DNA of 64,000 nt from Candidatus Omnitrophota bacterium (GCA_029261055.1 JAJDCA010000053.1:24177-88176); one strand, 5' to 3'. Shown: positions 26,501 to 36,281, numbered from the stretch's first letter. Notes: generated by a model not told the origin, from the letters alone. Translations and numbers: made by a program.

Positions 26501-28798
26501 AAGAGAAGCATCTACATAACTATAATCTTTATCTGTTTCATAAAATTTAATCAAGGAAGCTAAAACAGACCCTGCCATCCAGGGATTAGTTCCGTTATAA
26601 AGCAACTTACCTTGTTTATATTCTGATGGCCACGGAGAATTATCTTGTCGTGGATACATATGCCACCAGCCCGTTCCTTGTGTCCAATCATTCTGACCAA
26701 CAACGGTCCCATTCACCCAATGTTCGGATGGCATCTGCCACCATTGAATAAGATGATTAACTTCCTGGGCTGCCGCTTGAAGATATTTAGTATCTCCCGT
26801 CGCCCTAAAAACTTCATTCATGACAAACAACGGCCAGCCAAAATCCCGTTCAGCCTCACCCCAATGCTCATTACCTACAGGTGTTGGGAAAAAAACAGGG
26901 ATAGCTTTGGCCCACCAATTTCCTACCTCTTTAATAACACCCAATGAACGCTTGTCTCCCGTCAAAATATAATAATCCGGCAGCCCTGAAACATGGGCAT
27001 GTCCCTTATGAATGTTTCTCGAGTTATGATCGTGTACATCATGCTTAATCATATGCCCTTCACCGGGCCCGAAATCTTTATTGCCCCATGGCCCACCGCG
27101 ACGGTCAGTATGCGAAACATCAACATCCATCCAATGGCGTGAAGCCTTTTCAGCTAATTCCCACCATCGTTTATCTTTCGTACGAAGATATTGGATAAAA
27201 TACTGATGCGCCCCGACATGTGTGTCATTATAAAATGCAGGTATGCGTACCCCATTAGAACTTGTCCCATCCCAACCGGCCCGCATACGGTCACCAAAAT
27301 CTCGCCAACCATACATAACCGTAATACCTCCAGTATCTTTTTTATCTTCAATGCTTCTCTTATAATATCCACTGATCAAATTATCATCATAACCAGCTGA
27401 CCAAGGACCAGCCTCAACCATATCCCCAAATACTTTTGATTGGGCATACCATGTAGCAGGTGCTGTCACTAATGGATAATGCGCTTGAAAAACTTTATTA
27501 TGATTACTGATATCCGCTATGGATTTACTCTGATTGTGGAAATCAAATAGAATTTGATACGTCTTTGCCCCACCTTCTCGAGAAAAATAAAATGTATTTG
27601 GCCTTTTGTATTTTTTATTGACTGCATCATGTGGCGGATACGAAAGATCCGGCGTTGGTGACGAAGCTCGTGTTGGGTGAAGGTAAGCAATTAATGCATT
27701 ATTTTCAATAGCAAACTCTTTTGGATATTGCTGCCAAAAATCTTTAATCATCACACCCACACCAGATCCAGTATTATTGCTACTCACGTCCATCCATCCA
27801 GGGGCCTTTGCTCCTGAACCAGCGCCTTCATAACCAAAATCAAATGGTTGCAATCCACCATCAATATAATTCATATCCCCATGCTGATATAAGTAATGAT
27901 TCCCTGACACTGGACCGGTGAGTGTTTGATTATTTTCTCCACCAAATGCATACATCGCATTAGAAAGATTAAGAGGAAGTTTCAAACCATATCCCGTGAC
28001 ACTTAATGCTAATTGACTACGGGAAGCGGCCACATCCTTTTCTAAACGTGTATCCACTAAAGTATAATCCATTTGAATTTGACCTTGCCCAGCATAAGCA
28101 TACAACCAGACAATAAAATCCGTTAAAGTGCTACCATTGTCCGTTTGGAGCTTACCTTCTACCTTAACTGTCATACGAATCGGTCCGCTTTCCTCTATTG
28201 TATAAACCGGCTGCGTAAATAAGGAGGAAGAGTATTCTAAATTGTCGAAGGCATTAATAAGGAAAATTTTACCTGGCTGGCTCATCATTTTTTCAGAATC
28301 GTCATAAAATCCATCCGCATTATTATCCACCCAAACCTGATCAAATACTGTAAACGCACTCTTATTTAATTCAAATTGAATAGCCCCCGTATCAACGAGA
28401 ATTGATGACCCATTATCTACGTAAGAAAGCCCTTCACTATAAGTGGAATGGCTAACGCCTGATCCATACTGGAGAACATAATCTGTTGTTAAATTTGTTG
28501 ATATATCAGAGGCAAAATGAACTAAAATAGATTTGTAGCTGCTGTCCGGCCATTGAACAAGACCTTCAAATTGAGCGGGTATTTCAACACCACCCAAGTT
28601 TTCCAGACGCAAATTATTTAAAGAAGTCACCGCTCCCCTTGGAAAGGGAACACCTGTTGAAACCATGTAATTATTAACATCGGCTGAACCTGCATCCACA
28701 GTTAGAGTAACACTATTTTGAGCGTTGACATTTTGAATTTCTCCGGAAGTTGTCAGAATCACAGAAGCGACCAATAATATGAGCATTTTATTTTTCAT
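23564..28798 (-). CDS. Large secreted multidomain protein: signal peptide, an N-terminal domain of about 800 aa (possible glycan-active or binding fold), two FN3 modules with Ig-like spacers, and three tandem C-terminal carbohydrate-binding modules (CBM6/35-like) joined by Pro/Thr-rich linkers.
   Basis: The signal peptide is MKNKMLILLVASVILTTSGEIQNVNA, with an AGGAGG RBS 7 nt upstream. The FN3-like repeats read ...NLSGIAVSESQIDLNWSA...YNIYRDG.... There are three IQIEAENMGTKTTGG(K/R)KSDGSWNIWSNGYIEE...FTNDYYG(S/T)SGDRNLYVDK units. The linkers read PDLAPDPAPDPTPEPTPDPAP. Confidence 0.7.
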   Translation of the reverse strand: MKNKMLILLVASVILTTSGEIQNVNAQNSVTLTVDAGSADVNNYMVSTGVPFPRGAVTSLNNLRLENLGGVEIPAQFEGLVQWPDSSYKSILVHFASDISTNLTTDYVLQYGSGVSHSTYSEGLSYVDNGSSILVDTGAIQFELNKSAFTVFDQVWVDNNADGFYDDSEKMMSQPGKIFLINAFDNLEYSSSLFTQPVYTIEESGPIRMTVKVEGKLQTDNGSTLTDFIVWLYAYAGQGQIQMDYTLVDTRLEKDVAASRSQLALSVTGYGLKLPLNLSNAMYAFGGENNQTLTGPVSGNHYLYQHGDMNYIDGGLQPFDFGYEGAGSGAKAPGWMDVSSNNTGSGVGVMIKDFWQQYPKEFAIENNALIAYLHPTRASSPTPDLSYPPHDAVNKKYKRPNTFYFSREGGAKTYQILFDFHNQSKSIADISNHNKVFQAHYPLVTAPATWYAQSKVFGDMVEAGPWSAGYDDNLISGYYKRSIEDKKDTGGITVMYGWRDFGDRMRAGWDGTSSNGVRIPAFYNDTHVGAHQYFIQYLRTKDKRWWELAEKASRHWMDVDVSHTDRRGGPWGNKDFGPGEGHMIKHDVHDHNSRNIHKGHAHVSGLPDYYILTGDKRSLGVIKEVGNWWAKAIPVFFPTPVGNEHWGEAERDFGWPLFVMNEVFRATGDTKYLQAAAQEVNHLIQWWQMPSEHWVNGTVVGQNDWTQGTGWWHMYPRQDNSPWPSEYKQGKLLYNGTNPWMAGSVLASLIKFYETDKDYSYVDASLIKEMLLQTMNFVVKFGWEENLKSHPYFVYSEASRNTDGGSTHLMYALAYLWKLYDNGEGTNSQWYDTAPKWRAIAEAAYDDWKVVRSRGSSSLGFYGYETILHSGEFFKIMKELEGGPSTPDTTPPSTPQNLSGIAVSESQIDLNWSAAIDLESSVSTYNIYRDGVKINQTSSLQFSNTGLTSGASHTYEVSAVNSTGLESSKSFSATVSTLTDILPPGIMSVIAGSNGNTVDITYSEQVELISATTLSNYKINNSISVVDAYLGVDQKTVTLVTSPHSEGVSYTLSISNVRDLSNSANAIPVGTQITYRYVMPLVISNLSVESGETYQVIYDSLNNGVLAYIDRTYMYSSVPSQLQGATYIKTSNNDKSSSSATFLSFDVDQDVTVYITYDNRQTDKPAWLSGFVDTGDDLATSIRSMSVLAKNFSAGKIILGGNQSPRMYTVIVTKLNLDILPAPIPVPNIDTEAPSMPMNLSAIAISSSQVDLNWSASTDNVGVTGYNIYRDGVLITNVLSVSHTDTGLTAGMAYSYRVAALDLMSNESGQSVSTSVTTMADFTPFAIQIEAENMGTKTTGGKKSDGSWNIWSNGYIEEAVDFPIDGSYSFEIRARGKNILNEWSKMELRVDQVVVGNFLVNSTSFGQYVSVKNVPAGLHNIAIAFTNDYYGSSGDRNLYVDKVNITLMSVSGGDVTPDLAPDPAPDPTPEPTPDPAPFVIQIEAENMGTKTTGGRKSDGSWNIWSNGYIEEAVDFPTDGRYTFEIRARGKNILNEWSKMELKVDQVVVDNFTVNSTSFGQYVSVKDVPAGLHNIAIAFTNDYYGTSGDRNLYVDKINITLMSGSGGDVTPPNPIPDPEPFTIQIEAENMETKTTGGRKSDGSWNIWSNGYIEETVDFPTSGSYSFEIRARGKKVLGEWSKMEVRVDQVAVDNFTVNSTSYGPYVSVSNVSAGMHKVAIAFTNDYYGSSGDRNLYVDKVVIQSAP
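23583..24840. repeat. Intragenic tandem repeat of about 440-455 bp, three copies, encoding the three CBM units.
   Basis: Near-identical blocks begin at about 23583, 24010 and 24465 (...ccacataaagattcctgtc(a/g)cc(g/a)cttg(a/t)accgta...). Copies 2 and 3 are more similar to each other than to copy 1. Confidence 0.75.
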
Positions 28799-28951
28799 TA
28801 CCTTCCTCCTCTTTAAAAGACCTTTTAAATTCCGATATATGTGGATCCACTTTTCGATATTTAGAAAAGTGTTAACAAAATAAAGCTTCCTTCAATCGGT
28901 TTTTAAGTCCTTCTCCATGTTATAAACAACCTTACTTAATGGTAGGGGTAA

Positions 28952-28990
28952 TAAAAAAAGGCCTATCCTCACTTTTCGTAAGAATAGGCC
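28952..28990 (-). terminator. Rho-independent terminator about 450 nt downstream of trpF.
   Basis: The hairpin is ggcctatcctcac-ttttcg-taagaataggcc. On the minus strand it is followed by uuuuuuua (plus-strand taaaaaaa at about 28952-28959). Confidence 0.6.
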
Positions 28991-29444
28991 CATCCTATTA
29001 TTGACGCGTTTGCGCCTTTGTCTTTTTAATAAAATCTTCTGACTAATAGGTAGCTGGCTACCCTGCTTCTATCCTGCAGGGCCCTTGGCTTTGTGCCCCA
29101 TCCTTACGAATGGTTTACCTTTTTCTATTTCCATTGAAAGTATAACATGAAAAGATCGATGCGCAAGGGACCGGGAGGAACTTTATACAATTTTTTTATA
29201 CGGGGGATTAAAAACTATAGCGGAAGAAAACACAACTCATTGCAATCGTGCAAATTACAAAAAAATAAAATAACCTAAATTTTTTTAATATATTAAATTT
29301 TTTTGCATTTTAATTTTGACGCACTATGACAACAATGGACATACTATGACATTTAGGAGCCAAGCAGAAATAACTTCCCTAATTTTTACGACGTTCTTAA
29401 CGCAAGGAGGCAGAATAAAGAAGAAAATTATTTTTGCTTGGTCT

Positions 29445-30050
29445 CTATAGGGCCTGGAAGAACTCTCTAATTAAGCGCGGCTTCTTCACCCCAGGGGATT
29501 GCTCCACGCTGCTTGAAACATCCACTGCATAAGGATCGACGACATTTAATGCCTCATTAATATTTTGAGCACTTAACCCACCAGATAAAATAAAAGGTTT
29601 ATCAATCTTTTGTGCCGCTAAAGATTTCCAGTTAAATGTTTTTCCTGTACCACCTTGAATATCTTCTTGATATGTATCAAAAAGATACGCATCTACCTTG
29701 TATTTTTTAATCTGCTCAAAATCAAAAACCTGCCCTATACGAAAAGCCTTAATAATTTTAAACCCTGTAAACCGTTTGCAATAAACAGCTTTTTCCTCTC
29801 CATGAAATTGTAATGTTTGAATATTTGTAAATTTACAAATATCTCGAACAGCTTTTTCACTCTGATTCACAAAAACACCAACCGGCGTAACAAACGGCGG
29901 TAAAGCCTCAATAACTTTTTTTGCCCTACTAGGAGAAACGTACCGAGGGCTTTTTTTATAAAACACAAAACCAACGGCCCAAGCCCCATAATATACCACT
30001 TTAAGAGCATCTTCTATATTTGTAATACCGCATATTTTAACTTTTTTCAT
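29445..30050 (-). CDS. trpF: Phosphoribosylanthranilate isomerase.
   Basis: MKKVKICGITNIEDA... is the TrpF N-terminus. The ORF is 201 aa and downstream of trpC. Confidence 0.85.
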   Translation of the reverse strand: MKKVKICGITNIEDALKVVYYGAWAVGFVFYKKSPRYVSPSRAKKVIEALPPFVTPVGVFVNQSEKAVRDICKFTNIQTLQFHGEEKAVYCKRFTGFKIIKAFRIGQVFDFEQIKKYKVDAYLFDTYQEDIQGGTGKTFNWKSLAAQKIDKPFILSGGLSAQNINEALNVVDPYAVDVSSSVEQSPGVKKPRLIREFFQAL

Positions 30051-30094
30051 AATTAATTATCCTTTATTTTAATAAATCATATTATGGGCCTAAT

Positions 30095-30172
30095 AAACCT
30101 TGCCTACTGGCAGGCAGGTTATGCCCCTACAAGCACACATCCGTACGGGCATGATTCATCATGCCCCTAACA
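30095..30172. repeat. REP-like element, copy R4, with a GC-rich palindromic insertion.
   Basis: gggcctaataaa[ccttgcctactggcaggcagg]ttatgcccc - tacaagcacacatccgtac - gggcatgattcatcatgcccc. Confidence 0.7.
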
Positions 30173-30961
30173 TCATACATGCATAACTTCTTTTATCTTT
30201 TTACCAATATCCTTTTCCCTCATAAATGTTTCCCCAATAAGCACTGCATGGGCACCTAAGTTCTTTAATTTCTGAATGTCTTCATATGTCTTAATACCAC
30301 TTTCAGAAACAATGATTTTATCTTGCGGAATTTTAGGAATCAGACGTTCTGACGTTTCCAAGCTCACATCAAATGTTCGTAAATCCCGATTATTTACACC
30401 AATAATGTCTGCCCCCGCTTCAAGAGATCTCTGCAAATCTTGCTCGTCATGAACCTCCACCAAACAATCAATGTCCAAAGAATCCGCGACAGCCATCAAT
30501 TGAGCTACTTCCTCATCATTCAACATCGCCATAATAAGAAGAACAGCCCGAGCCCCATTATAAAAAGCTTCATAAATCTGCCCTTCATCAATAATAAAAT
30601 CTTTTGTTAAAACAGGCAGTTTAACTTGATTAGCAACTTTCTTAACATATTCAGGCTTGCCCAAAAAATATTTATCTTCTGTTAAAACAGAAATAGCCGC
30701 CGCGTGATATTTTTCATAAATTTTGGCAATACTCACCACATCAAAATCTTCTCTGATCATCCCCTTTGAAGGTGAAGCCTTTTTAATCTCTGCAATAAGG
30801 TTGATTTGCCCAGGTTTAGAAATCATACGACGAAATACTTGATATCGCGTATGTTTCGTTTGAGCCAAGTTAGCCTTGAGAGAAGAAAAAAAATTTTGTT
30901 TTTCCGCAATAAGCTTTTTTTTATGAGTCAGAATATTATCTAAAAAATTAGAATGCAACAT
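30173..30961 (-). CDS. trpC: Indole-3-glycerol phosphate synthase.
   Basis: ...LIAEIKKASPSKG... and ...IGVNNRDLRTF... are TrpC signatures. Confidence 0.85.
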   Translation of the reverse strand: MLHSNFLDNILTHKKKLIAEKQNFFSSLKANLAQTKHTRYQVFRRMISKPGQINLIAEIKKASPSKGMIREDFDVVSIAKIYEKYHAAAISVLTEDKYFLGKPEYVKKVANQVKLPVLTKDFIIDEGQIYEAFYNGARAVLLIMAMLNDEEVAQLMAVADSLDIDCLVEVHDEQDLQRSLEAGADIIGVNNRDLRTFDVSLETSERLIPKIPQDKIIVSESGIKTYEDIQKLKNLGAHAVLIGETFMREKDIGKKIKEVMHV

Positions 30962-31968
30962 TATCGATTTGTAAATACCCTAAGCTCTTCTAATTTGGCC
31001 CGGGCTTTGCCTGAAGTGATCGTGTCTTTGGCGAGGTTAATACCGTCAGATATACTGTCAACCTGTTCAGCCACATAAAGCGCATAGGCGGCATTAAGAA
31101 TAACGATGTCTGTCTTTGGACCGATATTGCCATCTAAAATATTATTAAAAATTTCTACATTTTCCTGAAGATCCCCACCTTGAAGGGCCTCAGGCTGAAC
31201 GATATCAAAACCTAATTCATCCGGACAGATATCATAAGAAAGAATTTCCTCGCCGTTATATTCACTAATAAACGTTTTAGTCGTCGTTGTAATTTCATCT
31301 AACCCATCGACTCCATGAACAACGCTAGCTCTTTTGAGGCCTAAATTTTTTAATACCTGCACCATAGGCTCCACCAAATCCCGACTGTAAACGCCCATCA
31401 TTTGATGCGTTGCATTAGCTGGATTTGTGAGCGGCCCTAAAATATTAAATATTGTATCGACGCCCAATTCTTTACGTACCGGCGCTACATTTTTCATAGC
31501 CGGATGCAACTTTTGGGCAAAAAGAAACGCAATGCCCACTTCATCCAAACACTCTTTAATATGCTGTTCTTCAATGTTCAAATTTACCCCGAGTGCTTCT
31601 AAAATATCGGCGCTTCCACATCGACTAGAAACCGACCGATTGCCATGCTTAGCAACGGCAACACCTGCCGCCGCCACAACTAACGCCGTAATGGTGGATA
31701 TATTAAACGTATTTTTTTTATCCCCGCCTGTCCCGCACGTATCTAAAATCCGTTTGTGTTTAGATTTGATAGGCACTAAAAACTTTCGCATAATTCTGGC
31801 CGCACCTGTTATTTCATCTACCGTTGGACCTTTAGCTCTTAAAGCCAATAAAAAGCCAGCCATCTCATCTTTACCTGCCTCACCATTCATAATCGAATGC
31901 ATCACCTCTTCAATTTCACTTTGCAATAAATTTTCTTTATTTTGTAACTTGTGAATGTATGATTTCAT
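30961..31968 (-). CDS. trpD: Anthranilate phosphoribosyltransferase.
   Basis: LDTCGTGGDKKNTFNISTITALVVAAAGVAVAKHGNRSVSS is the TrpD PRPP-binding region. Confidence 0.9.
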   Translation of the reverse strand: MKSYIHKLQNKENLLQSEIEEVMHSIMNGEAGKDEMAGFLLALRAKGPTVDEITGAARIMRKFLVPIKSKHKRILDTCGTGGDKKNTFNISTITALVVAAAGVAVAKHGNRSVSSRCGSADILEALGVNLNIEEQHIKECLDEVGIAFLFAQKLHPAMKNVAPVRKELGVDTIFNILGPLTNPANATHQMMGVYSRDLVEPMVQVLKNLGLKRASVVHGVDGLDEITTTTKTFISEYNGEEILSYDICPDELGFDIVQPEALQGGDLQENVEIFNNILDGNIGPKTDIVILNAAYALYVAEQVDSISDGINLAKDTITSGKARAKLEELRVFTNR

Positions 31969-31978
31969 AATTATTTTC

Positions 31979-32542
31979 CTATACGGTTAGAAAATTGTTC
32001 AATATATTTTTTCCTGCTTTTGTCAATATAGATTCAGGATGGTACTGTACACCCCATAAAGGTAATTGCTTATGACGAATCCCCATAATTTCCCCTTCGT
32101 CAGTCCATGCCGTAGTTTCAAAACATGCCGGCATTGTGCTCTTATCAATAATCAAAGAATGATACCGTGTGGCTTCAAATGGATTTTCAATCCCTCGATA
32201 AAGCTCTTTTTTATTATGTTTAATCAAAGATGTCTTTCCATGCATCAATTTTTTCGCACGAACAATCTTAGCCCCATAAGCATACCCCATACATTGATGC
32301 CCTAAACAAACACCTAAAATAGGAATTTCGCCTGCAAATCGATGAATTAAATCGACGGATATCCCTGCTCCTTCAGGACGACCAGGACCGGGAGAAATAA
32401 CAATTTTTTCCGGATGCATCTTCTCTATATCGGCCAGCGTAAGCACATCATTACGATACACTTTCAAGTTTGCCCCTAGTTCCCCAAAATATTGAACAAG
32501 GTTGTATGTAAACGAATCATAATTGTCGAGCATCAAAATCAT
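31979..32542 (-). CDS. trpG: Anthranilate synthase component II / glutamine amidotransferase (TrpG/PabA type). The start is trimmed to [11 protein letters not shown].
   Basis: It is a class I GATase with ...LGVCLGHQC... and ...QYHPES... motifs. Confidence 0.85.
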   Translation of the reverse strand: MILMLDNYDSFTYNLVQYFGELGANLKVYRNDVLTLADIEKMHPEKIVISPGPGRPEGAGISVDLIHRFAGEIPILGVCLGHQCMGYAYGAKIVRAKKLMHGKTSLIKHNKKELYRGIENPFEATRYHSLIIDKSTMPACFETTAWTDEGEIMGIRHKQLPLWGVQYHPESILTKAGKNILNNFLTV

Positions 32543-32640
32543 AATTTTTATGTCAAAGAAGCAAGATACAAGAGGCAAAGATTTTTTTGCTTTTTCTCTG
32601 CTTCTTGATTCTCTAATTCTCTACTTCTTTTCTTTATTCC
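32537..32640. repeat. Purine-arm/pyrimidine-arm element, copy E4.
   Basis: caaagaagcaagatacaagaggcaaagatttttttgctttttctctgcttcttgattctctaattctctacttcttttc. Confidence 0.7.
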
Positions 32641-33896
32641 CGCTCCCGATAAACCTTTGCCCCAAGGGCGGTTAGTTTTTTATCTAAATTTTCATATCCT
32701 CTATCCAAATGATACAAACGATGGATTTCTGTCTGTCCCTTTGCGGCAAGACCGGCAATAACCAAAGCCGCCGAGGCCCTTAAATCAGAGGCCATCACAG
32801 GGGCCCCATGAAGAACCTTAACCCCCTGAACAATAGCATTAAAACCTTCTCGGCTAATATTCGCTCCCATACGGTTAAGCTCGGCAATATGAATAAATCG
32901 ATCAGGATAAACTTTATCCGTAATAACACTCACACCTTCCACTATCGCCATCAAAGCCATAAACTGGGCTTGCAAATCCGTTGGAAACCCTGGATAAGGA
33001 TATGTCGTGATACTCACCGGTTTCAGCACTTTTTTACATTTCATTTTAATAAGGCTTCCCTCTGGATACACCTTTATACCAACCTGATCTAATTTGTCAA
33101 CAAGCGCCATCAAATGAGAATAACAGGCTCCTTTAAGCGTAATAGAACTCTTTGTCGCCGCAGCCATTAAAATATAGGTCCCTGCTTCTATTCTGTCCGG
33201 AATAATTTTGTACGTTAAACCACGTAATTTCTTGACCCCAGTAATGGTTAGCCGCGGACTCCCTATCCCTTTAATTTTGGCGCCCATAGCTGTCAGCATA
33301 TTGGCTAAGTCTTCAACCTCCGGTTCACACGCAGCAGCCTCAATAATGGTTTCCCCTTTAGCCAAAGTCGCAGCCATCAAAACATTCGCTGTGGCTAAAA
33401 CAGATGAACCAAAAACGCCGCCTAAATAAATATGAGCGCCTTTGAAATGCCTGGCCTTCGCCACCACATAACCATTTTCTACTTCAATCTTTGCCCCCAA
33501 AGACTTTAATCCCTTAAGATGCAGATCTACCGGCCGAATACCAATCACACAACCTCCGGGGAGAGAAACTTGCGCTTTCTTTAATTTAGCTAAAAGCGGC
33601 CCCAAAACACAAAATGACCCCCGCATCGTAGAAACTAATTTATAATCCGCAATATGATTAAGTTTTCCTTCAGACGTAATGATAATTTTATTCCCATCAA
33701 TAACCACCGTCTTCCCTAAAGACTTCAACAATTCAATCATCGTCCACGTATCTCGCAGACAAGGAATATTCTGCAAAATACACGGTTCGTCGGTCAATAA
33801 CGTAGCCGCCATAATTGGCAAAGCCGCATTTTTCGACCCACTGATCGTCACTTCCCCTTTTAAGGGCTTAGCCCCTTCAATAATTAATTTTTCCAT
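32634..33896 (-). CDS. murA: UDP-N-acetylglucosamine 1-carboxyvinyltransferase.
   Basis: MEKLIIEGAKPLKGEVTISGSKNAALPIMAA... is the canonical MurA N-terminus. The ORF is 420 aa. Confidence 0.9.
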   Translation of the reverse strand: MEKLIIEGAKPLKGEVTISGSKNAALPIMAATLLTDEPCILQNIPCLRDTWTMIELLKSLGKTVVIDGNKIIITSEGKLNHIADYKLVSTMRGSFCVLGPLLAKLKKAQVSLPGGCVIGIRPVDLHLKGLKSLGAKIEVENGYVVAKARHFKGAHIYLGGVFGSSVLATANVLMAATLAKGETIIEAAACEPEVEDLANMLTAMGAKIKGIGSPRLTITGVKKLRGLTYKIIPDRIEAGTYILMAAATKSSITLKGACYSHLMALVDKLDQVGIKVYPEGSLIKMKCKKVLKPVSITTYPYPGFPTDLQAQFMALMAIVEGVSVITDKVYPDRFIHIAELNRMGANISREGFNAIVQGVKVLHGAPVMASDLRASAALVIAGLAAKGQTEIHRLYHLDRGYENLDKKLTALGAKVYRERE

Positions 33897-33917
33897 TTTT
33901 TATTCTAAAATTAATGA

Positions 33918-34742
33918 TTATAAGTTTTGAACTTCAATAATACGTACTGTCCCCATGTAATCTTTATGTAAAAAAATATTTTTATATTGCGGATACTTTT
34001 TCAACAACGCCTCTAATAAAACTTCCTGATCATCCCCGATTTCCATGAATAAAAAACCTTCTCTATTTAAAAAATTGTAACTGTTGGCCGCTATGGGACG
34101 ATAAAAATCTAGACCGTCCATGCCGCCATCCAAAGCTAGGCGCGGTTCGTGTTGGACGTCCTTTGGTAATTGCGATAATTGCTGTGTTGGAATATAGGGG
34201 GGGTTGGAAATAAGAATATCAAATTTTAATTGCGCAACAAATCTGGCTGTCTGGTGATTCGCCCCTTCTAAAAAAGAAACCATATCCGCATGGATAAAAT
34301 TAATCTTATCATAAACACCATTCATTTTCGCATTGTGCTTAGCCAAAGTTAATGCCTCTTGCGAAATATCTACAGTTGTCACACAACATGATTCAATATT
34401 TTTTGCTAAAGCAATCGCAATATTTCCGGAACCTGTCCCAAGGTCTAATATATTGAGCGGCCGATGAATTTGTGATTGTTGCTGATTGCATTTTTGAATC
34501 GCTTTTTCCACCAATATCTCTGTTTCAGGACGGGGAATTAAAGCACGTTCATCCACTTTAAGTTTAATCCCCATAAAATCACATTCGCCTACAATATACT
34601 GCAATGGCTCCCCTAAATCCCTACGGTATTTCATATCTTCATATTGCCGATGTTGCTCCTCGGATAATGGTTTGGGATCAACAACAAGATCAACCCGCTG
34701 GCAATTGAGTAACGATGTGAGCATGTATTCCGTTTCAGTCAT
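33918..34742 (-). CDS. prmC: Release-factor glutamine N5-methyltransferase PrmC (HemK).
   Basis: It has an NPPY motif and ...[14 protein letters not shown].... It overlaps prfA by 8 nt. Confidence 0.85.
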   Translation of the reverse strand: MTETEYMLTSLLNCQRVDLVVDPKPLSEEQHRQYEDMKYRRDLGEPLQYIVGECDFMGIKLKVDERALIPRPETEILVEKAIQKCNQQQSQIHRPLNILDLGTGSGNIAIALAKNIESCCVTTVDISQEALTLAKHNAKMNGVYDKINFIHADMVSFLEGANHQTARFVAQLKFDILISNPPYIPTQQLSQLPKDVQHEPRLALDGGMDGLDFYRPIAANSYNFLNREGFLFMEIGDDQEVLLEALLKKYPQYKNIFLHKDYMGTVRIIEVQNL

Positions 34743-35793
34743 TACCGTCCTCTAATTCTGCTTTCATCAATGCTTCTGCGATATCATCAAAATCACCATC
34801 CATCACCTGATTCAATTTATGTGTCGTAAAACCGATGCGATGGTCGGTGATACGGCGATCAGGATAATTGTAGGTCCTAATTTTTTCACTACGATCACCA
34901 GACCCGACTTTAAGTTTTCGATCTTGAGAGGCTTTGGCGGATTCTTCTTGCTGGATTTTATCCATCACCCGGGCGCGCAAAACACGCATGGCTTTATATT
35001 TATTTTTTAATTGCGAACGTTCATCCTGACAAATCACGACAGTCCCTGAAGGTAAATGCGTAATGCGGACGGCTGAATCTGTTGTATTAACACTTTGCCC
35101 CCCCGGACCAGACGCACGAAAAATATCAATTTTAAGATCATTGGGATCAATTTCTACATCGACTTCTTCCGGTTCAAATAAAATCGCCACCGTTGCGGCA
35201 GATGTATGAATACGCCCAGAAGTTTCTGTGGTGGGAACACGCTGAACACGATGGGCGCCACTTTCCCATTTGAGATGTTTTTCTGCCCCCGTACCGCTAA
35301 CACCAAAAACAACTTCTTTAAAACCCCCTGTCTCCGATTCATGACTACTCATAAAATCTATCTTCCACCCTTTTTGATCCGCATATTTTGAATACATACG
35401 ATATAAATCTGCAGCAAAAAGACTGGCTTCCTGCCCCCCGGTACCAGCACGTATTTCAATAATAAGGTTTCTATCCTTTTCTTGCTTTTTAGGATTGATT
35501 AGCTTTTCAAGCTTTTCGGATACTTCCTGTTTCTTTTTCTTAAGATCTTCCAACTCTTCTTGGGCTAATGCCACGAAATCATCATCAGATTTTTCTTCTA
35601 GAACACCCTTCAAATCCTCTTCTTGCCGAATAAGTTCTTTATGCTCACGCAAAGTGGATACAATAGGTGAAAGGTCAGAATACTCTTTAGCTAATTTCTG
35701 ATATTGACTCTGGTCGGAAATAACCTGTGGATCAGCAAGAAGATTTTCTAATTCTGAATACCGTTGTTCGCTCTTTTGGAGTTTGTCTAACAT
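34735..35793 (-). CDS. prfA: Peptide chain release factor 1. The start is trimmed to [10 protein letters not shown].
   Basis: GGQ motif (...[15 protein letters not shown]...) and PxT-region. The track N-terminal extension is translated from repeat E5. Confidence 0.85.
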   Translation of the reverse strand: MLDKLQKSEQRYSELENLLADPQVISDQSQYQKLAKEYSDLSPIVSTLREHKELIRQEEDLKGVLEEKSDDDFVALAQEELEDLKKKKQEVSEKLEKLINPKKQEKDRNLIIEIRAGTGGQEASLFAADLYRMYSKYADQKGWKIDFMSSHESETGGFKEVVFGVSGTGAEKHLKWESGAHRVQRVPTTETSGRIHTSAATVAILFEPEEVDVEIDPNDLKIDIFRASGPGGQSVNTTDSAVRITHLPSGTVVICQDERSQLKNKYKAMRVLRARVMDKIQQEESAKASQDRKLKVGSGDRSEKIRTYNYPDRRITDHRIGFTTHKLNQVMDGDFDDIAEALMKAELEDGND

Positions 35794-35796
35794 TAT

Positions 35797-36015
35797 GCCT
35801 ATACATTTTAGAGAAGCAAGAAGCAAAGAAATAAGAAACAGAGATGTGAAACAAGAAAAAAAGATGTAAAGAAGCAAGAAGTAAAGGCTAAAACAAAATA
35901 TAAAAAGACATAAAACAATTTATTTTCTTATCTTTTCATCTTATCCCTTTGTATCTTGCATCTTTGCTCCTCTACTCCTTACTTTTAATCTCTGATTCTT
36001 GCTTCTTTACATCTA
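35797..36015. repeat. Purine-arm/pyrimidine-arm element, long copy E5.
   Basis: agagaagcaagaagcaaagaaataagaaacagagatgtgaaacaagaaaaaaagatgtaaagaagcaagaagtaaagg ... ttttcatcttatccctttgtatcttgcatctttgctcctctactccttacttttaatctctgattcttgcttctttacatc. Confidence 0.7.
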
Positions 36016-36024
36016 TACCTCTTT

Positions 36025-36222
36025 TTATTTTTTATATCGCTTCTTAAACCGTTCAATACGTCCTGCCGTATCGACAAGCTTTTTCTCTCCGGTAAAGAAA
36101 GGATGGCACTGTGAACAAATTTCAACACGAATATTTTTTCCGGTTGAGCGCGTATGCAGCACAGACCCACAGGCGCATGTTATTGTTGTTTCCTCATAAG
36201 TTGGATGAATTTCTGCTTTCAT
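36025..36222 (-). CDS. rpmE: 50S ribosomal protein L31 (Zn-ribbon type). The start is trimmed to [10 protein letters not shown], 8 nt after an AGGAG RBS.
   Basis: [21 protein letters not shown]...[10 protein letters not shown]. Confidence 0.85.
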   Translation of the reverse strand: MKAEIHPTYEETTITCACGSVLHTRSTGKNIRVEICSQCHPFFTGEKKLVDTAGRIERFKKRYKK

Positions 36223-36281
36223 TTTTATTTCTCCTTTTAAATTAGGTCTCACTATGTTTTCTGACTACTGACCACTTTTAC

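Noticed and set aside
23564-28798. Giant protein as a T2SS secretin (GspD) or adhesin autotransporter.
   Set aside because: There is no secretin N-domain, no beta-barrel C-terminal domain and no autotransporter beta-domain. The C-terminus is three soluble CBM-type beta-sandwich repeats.
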